Source: Candidatus Omnitrophota bacterium (GTDB lineage: Bacteria; Omnitrophota; Gorgyraeia; Zapsychrales; Zapsychraceae). From it: a stretch of 64,000 nucleotides of DNA. Location of the stretch: the NCBI GenBank assembly GCA_028280285.1, contig JANQMA010000026.1:64822-128821 (forward strand), read 5' to 3'. This document shows positions 10,106 through 19,503 of this stretch, one piece after another. Position 1 is the stretch's first letter. Each line of letters starts with the position of its first letter. The notes beneath the pieces were generated by a model, which was given only the letters and a program-made list of their open reading frames with translations, had not been told where the DNA came from and did no database searches. Made by a program: the position numbers and the translations under genes.

Positions 10106-11439
10106 TGACGGTTAAACAACGGACAATTAAAAAAGAAACAACCATCTCAGGCATAGGTTTACATACGGGTAATGAAATCCATTTGACACTTAAACCGGCC
10201 GCCGAGGATTTTGGTATCACTTTTGTCAGGGTTGATCTAGAGGGCACACCGGCGATTAAAGTATGCCCGGAAAGTATTTCGGACCATTCGGAACTGCCCA
10301 GATGCACATCGATCGGTGTAGGCAATGCGCGTGTGCATACGGTTGAACATTTGATGAGCGCGCTTTATGGCCTTGGCATCAATAACTTAATTGTTGAAAT
10401 TGACGGCAACGAGCTTCCCGGTCTTGACGGTAGCAGTAAAGAGTATTTGGAAGTATTGGAAAAAGCAGGTATTGAAGAACAGTCGAAGGATGCAGAGTTT
10501 TTTACCGTACGTACACCGATCGGTGTGACCGATGGTGATTCGGCTATTTATATTTTTCCTGCCGACGAATTTAAAGTAACTTACGCGCTCAGCTATGACC
10601 ATCCTTATTTAAGATCGCAGTTTTTTTCCCTTGTTGTTAATGAACAAACTTACAAAGAAGATATCGCCCCTTGCCGGACATTTTGTTTGGAAAGCGAAGC
10701 TAATCAGTTAAAAGAGTTGGGATTGGGTAAAGGCGCGACACATCAAAATACGCTTGTGATCGGTGATGACGGGCCGATTGATAATACACTGCGTTTTGAT
10801 GATGAGTGCGTTCGTCACAAGATATTGGATTTCATTGGAGATCTTTATTTGCTGGGAATGCCGATCAAAGGGCATGTCTATGCGACTAAAAGCGGACATA
10901 AGGCGAATTTTGATCTGCTTAAGAAAATATACAAACAACATGTAAAGTCTAAGGAAAAAGGCATTATTGTCGGCTATGATTATGGCGATAAACCTGAGAT
11001 CGATATTGCCGGGATTATGAAGATTTTGCCGCATCGTTATCCGTTTTTATTGGTCGATCGCGTTGTTGAAATCGAGAAGGGTAAAAGCGCGGTTGGCATC
11101 AAAAATGTGACCATTAATGATGGGTTTTTCCAGGGGCATTTCCCCACCAAGCCGGTTATGCCGGGTGTTTTGATGATTGAGGCCATGGCCCAGACGGCCG
11201 GGGTTGTCATATTGACGAACGAACAGCACCATGGTAAGGTAGCATTTTTTATGGCCATTAATAATGTGAAATTCCGCAAAGTCGTTGCCCCGGGAGACCA
11301 GTTATTGATGGAAGTGAATATTGTCCGGGATAAGAGCAAAACAGCGCAAGTCCATGGGATAGCTAGAGTTGGCGACCAAATCGTGGTTGAAGCCGATATG
11401 ATGTTTTCTTTTACCGATGCCTCGTATCTTGATGAATAA
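10105..11439 (+). CDS. lpxC-fabZ: bifunctional LpxC (UDP-3-O-acyl-GlcNAc deacetylase) / FabZ (3-hydroxyacyl-ACP dehydratase) fusion
   Basis: The N-terminal ~290 aa are LpxC (HTVEHLMSAL, HKILDFIGDL). The C-terminal ~145 aa are FabZ (LPHRYPFLLVDRV, FFQGHFP, PGVLMIEAMAQ). It is one continuous ORF. Confidence 0.9.
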   Translation: MTVKQRTIKKETTISGIGLHTGNEIHLTLKPAAEDFGITFVRVDLEGTPAIKVCPESISDHSELPRCTSIGVGNARVHTVEHLMSALYGLGINNLIVEIDGNELPGLDGSSKEYLEVLEKAGIEEQSKDAEFFTVRTPIGVTDGDSAIYIFPADEFKVTYALSYDHPYLRSQFFSLVVNEQTYKEDIAPCRTFCLESEANQLKELGLGKGATHQNTLVIGDDGPIDNTLRFDDECVRHKILDFIGDLYLLGMPIKGHVYATKSGHKANFDLLKKIYKQHVKSKEKGIIVGYDYGDKPEIDIAGIMKILPHRYPFLLVDRVVEIEKGKSAVGIKNVTINDGFFQGHFPTKPVMPGVLMIEAMAQTAGVVILTNEQHHGKVAFFMAINNVKFRKVVAPGDQLLMEVNIVRDKSKTAQVHGIARVGDQIVVEADMMFSFTDASYLDE

Positions 11440-11525
11440 GCCTCTGTGAGCTACGCAAGCTCACACGGCCTAACAAAACTGACTTTTTGGTTTCAAAGGG
11501 CCTTGATCTAGGTTACAATAACCAT

Positions 11526-12311
11526 ATGGAAAACTTAAGGATACATAAAACAGCCATTATTCACCCAGGAGCTGAGCTGTCTTCAGGGGTCACGGTCGGG
11601 CCTTATTCGATTATTGAAGAAGGGGTTCGCCTAGGGGATAATGTTCGGGTGGGGAGTCATTGTGTGATTACAGGCCAGACAATCATTGGGCGTAATACAA
11701 AGATTTACACCGGTGCTGTTATCGGTAGTGCTCCACAGGATAAAAAATATGCCGCTGATGACAATGTCTTCTTAAATATTGGCGAAAATAATGTTATCCG
11801 CGAATATGTCACCATGAATCCCGGCACAGCCCAAGGCGGGGGGAAAACAACCATCGGTGATAATAATCTATTTATGGCCTATTCGCATATCGCCCATGAT
11901 TGCATTATCGGCAATCATTGTGTGATGGCCAACAGTGCGACTTTGGCCGGGCACGTTACCTTGGAGGATAATACCGTGATTGGCGGCTTAAGTGCAGTTC
12001 ATCAATTTGTGCGTTTGGGGCGTTTATCGATTGTAGGTGGGTGTACAAAAGTTATTCAGGATATACCGCCGTTTTCGATGTGTGTAGGGCATCCGGCCAA
12101 AGTCATTAAACCTAATACGATTGGTCTTAAACGGGCAGGTTTTAAAGATGACTTAATTAAAAGGCTTAATCTTGCATTTAAAATATTATTCCGTTCAGGT
12201 TTAAGTAAAACAAACGCGATCGAACGTGTTGTCAAAGAGATCGATCAATGCCCTGAACTTGAGCATTTGATTTTCTTCTGTAAAACGACTAAACGCGGTC
12301 TTTGCAGCTAA
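11526..12311 (+). CDS. lpxA: acyl-ACP--UDP-GlcNAc O-acyltransferase
   Basis: It has hexapeptide repeats and the LpxA C-terminal helical domain. The start was moved to the ATG whose product begins MENLRIHKTAIIHPGAEL. Confidence 0.9.
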   Translation: MENLRIHKTAIIHPGAELSSGVTVGPYSIIEEGVRLGDNVRVGSHCVITGQTIIGRNTKIYTGAVIGSAPQDKKYAADDNVFLNIGENNVIREYVTMNPGTAQGGGKTTIGDNNLFMAYSHIAHDCIIGNHCVMANSATLAGHVTLEDNTVIGGLSAVHQFVRLGRLSIVGGCTKVIQDIPPFSMCVGHPAKVIKPNTIGLKRAGFKDDLIKRLNLAFKILFRSGLSKTNAIERVVKEIDQCPELEHLIFFCKTTKRGLCS

Positions 12312-12334
12312 CCAAAACCTTTCCTTTTAACAAT

Positions 12335-13144
12335 ATGAGTCAGAAAATATTAGGACTTATTGCCGGCAGTGGAAAATTTCCTTTTGCGTTTGCAAAGAAA
12401 GCAAAAGAAAAAGGTTATCATGTTGTGACCGCCGGCATTAAAGGCGACACTTCTTTTTTCTTAAGATTTTTTACCGATCAAATATCGACATTTCCCGTCG
12501 GAGAATTGGATAAAATATTTTCTTATCTGCGTGATAGTGGTGTTAAAGAGGTTATTATGGCAGGTCAGGTGAACCCAAATAATTTGTTTGAAGAAGATTT
12601 ACATCTTGATCAGGAATTTACAAAATTATTTGCCGCCATTAAAGATCGTAAGGCTGATACCATCTTTGCCGCGCTTGGTGAAAAGTTAAAAGACTATGGG
12701 ATCAAATTGATTGATTCAACGTTTTTGATTCAAGACCATCTGGCGCCGGCATGTGTTTTAACACAACGTAAGCCCACGGAAAACGAAAATGCCGATATTG
12801 AGTTTGGCCGTGAAATCGCCAAAGCGATGGGGGGCCTTGATGTCGGACAGACAGTTGTTATCAAAGATAAGGCGATTGTGGCCATTGAAGCAATGGAAGG
12901 AACGGATAAAACCATTTTAAGGGGTGGCCATATTGCCCAGCGCGATGCGGTTGTTGTTAAGATGAGTAAGCCCAATCAGGATTTGCGTTTCGATGTGCCT
13001 GTGATTGGTCCGCGCACCATCCGTAATATGAGACGATCCAATGCCAGTTGTATCGCGGTCGAGGCCGGCAAGACCATCATTATTGACCGCGATAAGACAA
13101 TTGATCTGGCGGATAAAGCGGCTATTTCGATTGTGTCCCTTTAG
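12335..13144 (+). CDS. lpxI: UDP-2,3-diacylglucosamine hydrolase LpxI (DUF1009 family)
   Basis: The N-terminus ILGLIAGSGKFP and the overall size fit LpxI, and it sits immediately after lpxA. Confidence 0.65.
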   Translation: MSQKILGLIAGSGKFPFAFAKKAKEKGYHVVTAGIKGDTSFFLRFFTDQISTFPVGELDKIFSYLRDSGVKEVIMAGQVNPNNLFEEDLHLDQEFTKLFAAIKDRKADTIFAALGEKLKDYGIKLIDSTFLIQDHLAPACVLTQRKPTENENADIEFGREIAKAMGGLDVGQTVVIKDKAIVAIEAMEGTDKTILRGGHIAQRDAVVVKMSKPNQDLRFDVPVIGPRTIRNMRRSNASCIAVEAGKTIIIDRDKTIDLADKAAISIVSL

Positions 13145-13241
13145 TTTTCTTCTTCGAAAAAATAATTACAAGAATCTTCCGATAAGTCTATAACACTATG
13201 TTTTCCAATAATTTATGATTTTTTGTGTATTTTTATCTTCA

Positions 13242-13270
13242 TTGACACCTATTATCATTTAACTTATAAT
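13242..13270 (+). promoter_or_regulatory. sigma70-type promoter with perfect consensus (TTGACA, 17-nt spacer, TATAAT) upstream of lysS
   Basis: The sequence reads ttgaca cctattatcatttaact tataat. A leader of about 175 nt follows and contains a long palindrome. Confidence 0.5.
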
Positions 13271-13346
13271 CATTTGTCTATAGTAATAATAGTATTAAAG
13301 TATACGTTAAATATTAATTTAATAATTTTAAATAAAATAGCAGTAT

Positions 13347-13433
13347 TGATGCTAGATCCTGGATGCTAGATGCTTGTGTGGCTAGTACAACTAGCATCAA
13401 GCATCTAGATACTAGCATCCAGAATATAGAAAG
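13347..13433. repeat. palindrome of the gatgctag-unit family, in the lysS leader
   Basis: The inverted repeat is tgatgctagatcctggatgctagatgcttgtgtggctagtacaactagcatcaagcatctagatactagcatccagaat. Confidence 0.75.
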
Positions 13434-13446
13434 CAGGTTTCAGCTA

Positions 13447-14904
13447 ATGGAAGTGGATGAATTAAAACAGGTTAGATTAGATAAACTTAATAATCTAAAG
13501 GAGTTAGGCATTACTCCTTATGGTCATAGATTTGAACGCAGCCACGCGCTTGCGGATGTTTTAAATGATTTTAAGGAAGATCAAAGTGTTGTGGTGGCTG
13601 GACGCATCATGGCCAACCGTAAACATGGCAAGGTTATGTTTATGGACCTTCAAGACCAGACGGCGCGGATGCAGCTTTTTGTCAAGAAAGATAACTTAAC
13701 GGAAGAGACATTTGCTTTGCTTAAAGAGCTCGACATTGGTGATATTATCGGTGTTAGCGGAGAGACTTTTGTGACCAAGATGGGGGAAGAAAGTCTGCGG
13801 GTCAAAGATCTAACGGTTTTATCAAAGTCCCTTTTAACACTACCGGAAAAATTTCATGGGCTTAAGGATGTTGATACGCGTTACCGTCAACGCTATGTTG
13901 ACTTAATTATAAATAATGATGTGCGCGATGTTTTTATCAAGCGCAGTAAGATTACCTCACTGATCCGTAATTATCTTGACGGGCAAGGTTTTCTGGAAGT
14001 AGAAACGCCGATGCTGCAGACAATGGCAGGCGGCGCGCGCGGCAGACCTTTTAAGAGCAAACATAATGCTTACGGTTTGGATGTTTTCCTGCGTATAGCC
14101 CCGGAGCTTTATCTGAAGCGTCTTTTAGTCGGGGGGCTCGAACGTGTTTATGAGCTTAACCGTAATTTCCGTAATGAAGGTGTTTCCACGCGGCATAATC
14201 CGGAGTTTACTATGCTTGAAGTATATCAGGCCTACGGAAATATTGAGGATATGATGAACCTGACGGAGAACATGATCAGTTCTTTGGCTCATGAAATCAC
14301 GGGCTCCTATAAAGTGACATTTGCCGGTAAAGAAATTGATTTTACGACTCCCTGGGAGAGACGTTCCTTTGCACAAGTGGTTAAAGATAAATTTGACATT
14401 AATCCTGAAGATAATGCCGAAGCGATGCTTGCCAAAGTCAAAGCTGTGCGTGGCAATGTGAAGGTTGAGACGCTGACCAAAACAGCGATAATGAATATCG
14501 TCGAGGAGGCATTAGAAGAGGATGAGATTACCAATCCCGTCTTCTTCACCGATTATTTTACATTTCTTTGTCCGCTGGCCAAGACACGTCCGGATAATGC
14601 GCATATATCGGAACGTTTCGAGGTGTTTGTGGCCGGTATGGAAATCGGCAACGCGTATTCCGAGCTGAATGATCCGCAGGAACAGAAGGAAAGGTTGTTA
14701 GAGGATTTGGGAGAAGATTTAGAAACAGGAAATCGAACGATTGATGAGGATTTTGTCAATGCCCTGGAATACGGCATGCCGCCGGCCGGAGGACTGGGCA
14801 TTGGTATTGACCGACTCGTTATGCTGCTTACAAATTCACCGTCAATCCGGGATGTTATATTATTTCCGCTTATGAAACCAGTAGGGCATGACGAGGAGAG
14901 CTGA
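13447..14904 (+). CDS. lysS: lysyl-tRNA synthetase (class II)
   Basis: The N-terminal anticodon-binding OB domain and the class II motifs (FRNEGVSTRHNPEFTMLE, GGLGIGIDRLVM) are present. The start was moved downstream of the upstream palindrome. Confidence 0.9.
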   Translation: MEVDELKQVRLDKLNNLKELGITPYGHRFERSHALADVLNDFKEDQSVVVAGRIMANRKHGKVMFMDLQDQTARMQLFVKKDNLTEETFALLKELDIGDIIGVSGETFVTKMGEESLRVKDLTVLSKSLLTLPEKFHGLKDVDTRYRQRYVDLIINNDVRDVFIKRSKITSLIRNYLDGQGFLEVETPMLQTMAGGARGRPFKSKHNAYGLDVFLRIAPELYLKRLLVGGLERVYELNRNFRNEGVSTRHNPEFTMLEVYQAYGNIEDMMNLTENMISSLAHEITGSYKVTFAGKEIDFTTPWERRSFAQVVKDKFDINPEDNAEAMLAKVKAVRGNVKVETLTKTAIMNIVEEALEEDEITNPVFFTDYFTFLCPLAKTRPDNAHISERFEVFVAGMEIGNAYSELNDPQEQKERLLEDLGEDLETGNRTIDEDFVNALEYGMPPAGGLGIGIDRLVMLLTNSPSIRDVILFPLMKPVGHDEES

Positions 14905-15305
14905 TGGAACTTATTTCTTCAGAAAATATCACCCGTGATTTATTGCGGGCACACTTTGATCAGGCCTATTTTAATACCGGGCTTGATGATAAGGGAAGTT
15001 TATTTGTTAAAGATAAGTTTAAGATTTATATCGATGTCGGCAAGAAAAAACAAAACGTAACCTTTAGTGTCTATTTTAACTTTCAAGACGGCGCGGTTGA
15101 AGCCGACCGGAAAGTCCTGGTTGAGATTATTAATGCGAGTTTGATGCAGGTTAAGGCGGTGCTTTCGAAAAATATTTTGACGCTGGAATATGATCTTTGG
15201 ATTGAGGGGGGCGTTCAGCCTAAAAATATTATTTTGGCCTACCGCGGTTTTGTTTCACAAATCAGTGCCGCATTGGCCAAAGATGAAAAACGTGTTTTGA
15301 AGTGA
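14904..15305 (+). CDS. hypothetical protein (possibly YbjN-like)
   Basis: 133 aa ORF that overlaps the lysS stop and has no strong motif. Confidence 0.35.
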   Translation: MELISSENITRDLLRAHFDQAYFNTGLDDKGSLFVKDKFKIYIDVGKKKQNVTFSVYFNFQDGAVEADRKVLVEIINASLMQVKAVLSKNILTLEYDLWIEGGVQPKNIILAYRGFVSQISAALAKDEKRVLK

Positions 15306-15323
15306 GATTTGAAAAAGATTTAA

Positions 15324-15397
15324 TTGTTGTCTGTTGTTAGTTGTTTGTTGTTGGATTTTCAAACTAACAACCATCAACTAACACCCAACAACTGGAG
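15324..15397. repeat. imperfect palindrome, gttgtt-unit family (ttgttgtctgttgttagttgtttgttgttgg ... ctaacaaccatcaactaacacccaacaac)
   Basis: It lies between the hypothetical gene and lolE. The tracked lolE ORF start falls inside this element. Confidence 0.7.
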
Positions 15398-15401
15398 TTT
15401 T

Positions 15402-16595
15402 ATGAGTTTTGAAAACTGGGTCAGCCGTAAATACACCCGCGCTAAAAAAGAAAAGTTTTTAGCATTTCTCAATATTATTTCGATTGTCGGTGTGGCGATC
15501 GGTGTGGCTTCGCTCATTATTGTGATCTCTGTTATGACAGGTTTCGGCAATAATTTGCGGGAAAAAATTATCGGGACCATGCCCCACATCATGATCGATA
15601 AAGAAACGCGCATTAATGATTTTAATCAAATCATTGTTCAGCTGCGTGATATCAATGGCGTTGAAGGGGCCGCCCCGTATATTCAAGGCAATGTATTTTT
15701 AGAAACGACGCAGCAGGCGGTCGGTTTGGTGCTGCGCGGGATTGATCCACAACGTGAATCGGGCGTGACATACGTTCATCAATATCTTAAAAAAGGTTCA
15801 TTGACAGACTTAACGGACGAGACGGTTATTATTGGCGAGGAGTTGGCGCGCTATTTTAATCTAACAGTCGGAGATTTTGTTACGTTTATTGCCCCGGGCT
15901 CAGGACTTGCGGGAGAAGGGTGGCGCTATAAACTGAAGGTCGCCGGTATTTTCCGCACCGGGATGATTGACTATGACATGAATTTGGTTTTGACCGATTT
16001 GGCCCAGGCACAGACCATTTTTCAGTTTCCGGATAATATGTCATCCGGTATTGGGCTGCGTTTAAAAAATCCTGAGGCGGCGGATGCCATAAAGAAAGAT
16101 ATCTATGATGTGATTGGTTATAAATTTATTGTCAGAAGCTGGATTGATATTAACCGCAATCTATTTGACGCATTGTTTCTTGAGAAGTGGGGATTGTTTA
16201 TCATTTTGACGCTGATGATTTTAGTCGCGTCATTTAATATTATCAGCACGCTTGTTGTGACGGTTACCAGTAAAATAAATGAGATCGGCATTCTTAAAGC
16301 AATCGGTGCACCAGCGTCATCGATTAAGAAAATTTTTATTAATCAAGGGATGCATATCGGTTTATACGGCATATTTTGGGGCGTTTTAAGTGGCGTTGGA
16401 TTTTGTTATGTGCTCGGTAATTATGTGAAAGTACCAGAGGCTATTTATTCGATTGACCGTGTTCCAGTGGATGTTCAGTTCTATGACATGGCAGCCATCA
16501 TATTGGCGGCAGGGCTAATTACGTTTTTTTCAACTATTTATCCGGCATCAAAAGCGGCAGCTATGCAGCCTGTTGATGCCCTGCGGTATCAGTAA
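15402..16595 (+). CDS. lolE: lipoprotein-releasing system permease LolC/LolE family (FtsX-like)
   Basis: It has an N-terminal TM helix, a large periplasmic loop and a C-terminal FtsX 3-TM domain, and is followed by the LolD ATPase. The start was moved out of the upstream palindrome. Confidence 0.75.
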   Translation: MSFENWVSRKYTRAKKEKFLAFLNIISIVGVAIGVASLIIVISVMTGFGNNLREKIIGTMPHIMIDKETRINDFNQIIVQLRDINGVEGAAPYIQGNVFLETTQQAVGLVLRGIDPQRESGVTYVHQYLKKGSLTDLTDETVIIGEELARYFNLTVGDFVTFIAPGSGLAGEGWRYKLKVAGIFRTGMIDYDMNLVLTDLAQAQTIFQFPDNMSSGIGLRLKNPEAADAIKKDIYDVIGYKFIVRSWIDINRNLFDALFLEKWGLFIILTLMILVASFNIISTLVVTVTSKINEIGILKAIGAPASSIKKIFINQGMHIGLYGIFWGVLSGVGFCYVLGNYVKVPEAIYSIDRVPVDVQFYDMAAIILAAGLITFFSTIYPASKAAAMQPVDALRYQ

Positions 16596-16603
16596 GGGCG
16601 CAT

Positions 16604-17284
16604 ATGATACTCGAAGCCGTCAATATTCACAGGTCGTATGCATATGACGACAATGAAATAGAAGTTTTGAAAGGAATTGATTTTAAGGTTAAAGCCGGCG
16701 AGGTCGTGGCCATTATTGGTCCGTCTGGCGCGGGAAAATCAACGCTCTTAAATATTATCGGTGGATTGGATCAGCCTAATCAGGGAGAAGTATTTGTTAA
16801 TCAACAGAATGTTTACGGATTGACAGAGAAAAAAAGGGCTGAGCTGCGTAATCAAAGCATCGGTTTTGTCTTTCAGTTTTATTATTTGCTACCGGAGTTA
16901 ACGACGCTTGAAAATGTTGTTTTACCGGCACTCATCAAAGACAAAACAGATAAATTTGCTGAATACACCGAGCAGGCAAAAGAATTACTCGATTGGATGG
17001 GCCTTTCAGAGAGGCTTAAGTCCAAACCGAATCAACTCTCTGGAGGTGAGCAGCAGCGCGTGGCCATGGCGCGTGCTTTAGTGAATCAACCGCAGCTCAT
17101 TTTGTGTGATGAGCCGACAGGAAATTTAGATTCGGCCAGTGGTAAGGAACTCATTGATTTGTTATTTGCCTTTAATAAAAAAAATAAACAGACCTTTGTT
17201 ATTGTGACACATGATGAAAATATAGCGCAGTGTTCTCATCGTCGCGTACATATTAAAGATGGGTTGTTGGTTGACGATCAATAA
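16604..17284 (+). CDS. lolD: ABC transporter ATP-binding protein LolD
   Basis: It has Walker A (GPSGAGKST), the ABC signature LSGGEQQRVA, and Walker B (ILCDEPTGNLD). Confidence 0.85.
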   Translation: MILEAVNIHRSYAYDDNEIEVLKGIDFKVKAGEVVAIIGPSGAGKSTLLNIIGGLDQPNQGEVFVNQQNVYGLTEKKRAELRNQSIGFVFQFYYLLPELTTLENVVLPALIKDKTDKFAEYTEQAKELLDWMGLSERLKSKPNQLSGGEQQRVAMARALVNQPQLILCDEPTGNLDSASGKELIDLLFAFNKKNKQTFVIVTHDENIAQCSHRRVHIKDGLLVDDQ

Positions 17285-17295
17285 TTGAGAATTGA

Positions 17296-17478
17296 GAAAG
17301 AAAAAGTAAAAAAGAAAATTTAAAAGTTAAAATTTAAAATCGTATTTAGTAGTTAGTAATTGGTAATTAGAGATTGCAACCCCGAACCAATTACTAATTA
17401 CCAACGACTAAATACCAAACACAATTTAATTTTTTAATTTATTTCAATTTTTCATTTTCTTTTTTACTTTTAATTTTT
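17296..17478. repeat. long AT-rich inverted repeat (arms ~85 nt, phased A-tracts) with core gtatttagtagttagtaattggtaatt
   Basis: The left arm is gaaaaagtaaaaaagaaaatttaaaagttaaaatttaaaatcgtatttagtagttagtaattggtaattag. The loop is agattgcaaccccgaacc and the right arm is the reverse complement. It lies in the lolD/ilvE intergenic region. Confidence 0.75.
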
Positions 17479-17507
17479 TATTTTTACATTTTTATAGAGA
17501 GGACATC

Positions 17508-18371
17508 ATGAAAGTATATCTCAACGGACAATTAGTTGATAAAAAAGATGCGAATATTTCGATATTCGATCATGGTTTTTTATATGGGGATGGTGCGTTC
17601 GAAGGAATACGTTCTTACGGCAGTTTTGTGTTCAGATTAAAAGAACATATTGACCGGCTTTATGAAACGTGTCATTCGATGATGATTGACATTTCTCTGA
17701 CAAAAAAGCAAATGGAAAAAGCGATCCTTGATACTCTTAAGGCTAATAAATTAAAAGATGCCTATATTCGTGTTATCATAACGCGCGGTGTCGGCGATCT
17801 AGGTTTGGATCCGCGCAAGTGCAATGGCAACGCTAGTATTATCGTGATTGCCGATAAAATCACTCTGTATCCGAAGGAATTATATAAAAAAGGGATGGAG
17901 ATTATTACAGTACCGACATTGCAAAACGGACCTAATGCGCTCAACCCGCAACTTAAGTCGCTGAACTACCTGAATAATATTATGGCCAAAGTGGAGGCCA
18001 GTAATGCCGGATATAACGAAGCGATTATGATGGACGATCAAGGCTATGTTACCGAATGCACGGGGGACAATATTTTTCTGATTAAAAATGGTATTTTGTC
18101 GACCCCGGTTCAAGGGCATTTGAAAGGCATTACCCGGCAGGCTGTTTTGGATATTGCGAAAAAAACCAAAGTTGAGATTCGCGAAAGCTTTATCACGCGA
18201 CACGAAGTCTATATTGCTGATGAGTGTTTTTTAACCGGAACGGCAGCGGAAGTAATACCGATTGTTAAAGTCGATGGGCGGACTATTGGCTCCGGCAAAC
18301 CGGGTAAGCTCACATTGGACTTTATCGATAAGTTTCATGCGTTAACGAAAAAGGATGGGGTTAAGTATTAA
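17508..18371 (+). CDS. ilvE: class IV aminotransferase (branched-chain amino acid / D-amino acid aminotransferase)
   Basis: 287 aa with the fold-type IV PLP motifs (GDGAFEGIR and ECTGDNIFLIKNG). Confidence 0.75.
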   Translation: MKVYLNGQLVDKKDANISIFDHGFLYGDGAFEGIRSYGSFVFRLKEHIDRLYETCHSMMIDISLTKKQMEKAILDTLKANKLKDAYIRVIITRGVGDLGLDPRKCNGNASIIVIADKITLYPKELYKKGMEIITVPTLQNGPNALNPQLKSLNYLNNIMAKVEASNAGYNEAIMMDDQGYVTECTGDNIFLIKNGILSTPVQGHLKGITRQAVLDIAKKTKVEIRESFITRHEVYIADECFLTGTAAEVIPIVKVDGRTIGSGKPGKLTLDFIDKFHALTKKDGVKY

Positions 18372-18380
18372 ATGGATTTT

Positions 18381-18440
18381 GGCCTTGGGGGTTGGGACTT
18401 AGGACTTAGAATCCAAGTCCCAAGTCCTAACGCCTAAGTC
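18381..18440. repeat. imperfect palindrome (gggacttaggacttagaat ... caagtcctaacgcctaagtccc)
   Basis: It is an inverted repeat in the ilvE/mcsB intergenic region. Confidence 0.6.
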
Positions 18441-18455
18441 CCAGGTACTAAAATT

Positions 18456-19502
18456 ATGGATAATTTCATCGACAATACAGGGCAGTGGCTTAAGGGTGAG
18501 GGTGCTCATTCGGACATTGTTATGTCATCACGCATAAGGCTTGCGCGTAATCTTGCGCAGCATCCGTTTCCGAGCAAGGCCGGCAAAAAGGAATTAACCA
18601 AATCCCTGGATGTTGTCCACAAGGGCATGGAAGAAGCGCATCTGCTTAAGAACTTTTTATTTCTTAAGATCAATGAATTGGATAATGTCGATAAACAGTT
18701 TCTCATTGAGCGTCATTTGATGAGCCACGACCATGCAAGTAATACAGAAGGCAAGGCGCTTGTCGTGTCCAAAGATGAATCATTGGCGATTATGGTCAAT
18801 GAAGAAGATCATCTGCGTATTCAGGTGATGCATTCGGGCTTTGATTTAGAGACGGCCTGGAAAACCGCTGATTCGCTCGACGATGAGCTTTCGGGCAAAC
18901 TCGATTTTGCCTATGATATTAATTGGGGTTATTTAACCGCATGTCCCACGAATACCGGAACAGCTATGCGCGGCAGTGTGATGATGCATTTACCGGCGCT
19001 GGTTATGACCAAACAAATTAATAAAGTTATGGCCGCTGTATCTAAACTTAACTTCGCTTCACGCGGTTTTTACGGCGAAGGGACACAGGCGAGCGGAAAT
19101 TTTTATCAGATTTCTAATCAAGTGTCACTCGGCCATAGTGAAGGTGATGTGATCGCCAACATTAACGGTCTTATAAGTCAAATCATTGAACAGGAAGAGC
19201 AAGCCCGGCAAGCTTTGCTTGTGCAAAATCGTCCGATGTTAGAAGATAAAATCCATCGTTCGTACGGCATCCTTAAAAATGCTTATATTATTTCCAGCCA
19301 GGAAACAGTCGATCTATTGTCTATGCTGCGTTTGGGTGTGGATTTGGAAGTTGTTAAAGACATTGACCGCCCGTCGATCAATGAACTTTTGATTACCATT
19401 CAGCCGGCACATTTGCAAAAGATTGAAGGAAAAAAACTATCCGCATCAGATAGAGATATGAAAAGAGCAAGTCTTATACGTGAAAAGTTAGGAGGCAAGT
19501 AA
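18456..19502 (+). CDS. mcsB: protein arginine kinase McsB
   Basis: The guanidino kinase domain ([10 protein letters not shown]) is present and it sits directly upstream of clpC. Confidence 0.8.
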   Translation: MDNFIDNTGQWLKGEGAHSDIVMSSRIRLARNLAQHPFPSKAGKKELTKSLDVVHKGMEEAHLLKNFLFLKINELDNVDKQFLIERHLMSHDHASNTEGKALVVSKDESLAIMVNEEDHLRIQVMHSGFDLETAWKTADSLDDELSGKLDFAYDINWGYLTACPTNTGTAMRGSVMMHLPALVMTKQINKVMAAVSKLNFASRGFYGEGTQASGNFYQISNQVSLGHSEGDVIANINGLISQIIEQEEQARQALLVQNRPMLEDKIHRSYGILKNAYIISSQETVDLLSMLRLGVDLEVVKDIDRPSINELLITIQPAHLQKIEGKKLSASDRDMKRASLIREKLGGK

Positions 19503-19503
19503 A

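Noticed and set aside
17285-17507. Possible T-box leaders upstream of ilvE, metG and lysS
   Set aside because: In Firmicutes these genes are often T-box regulated and the leaders here are long and structured. None contains the conserved T-box sequence (AATTAGGGTGGNACCGCG) or a specifier-loop layout, and they are too AT-rich and palindromic. They are treated as repeat elements instead.
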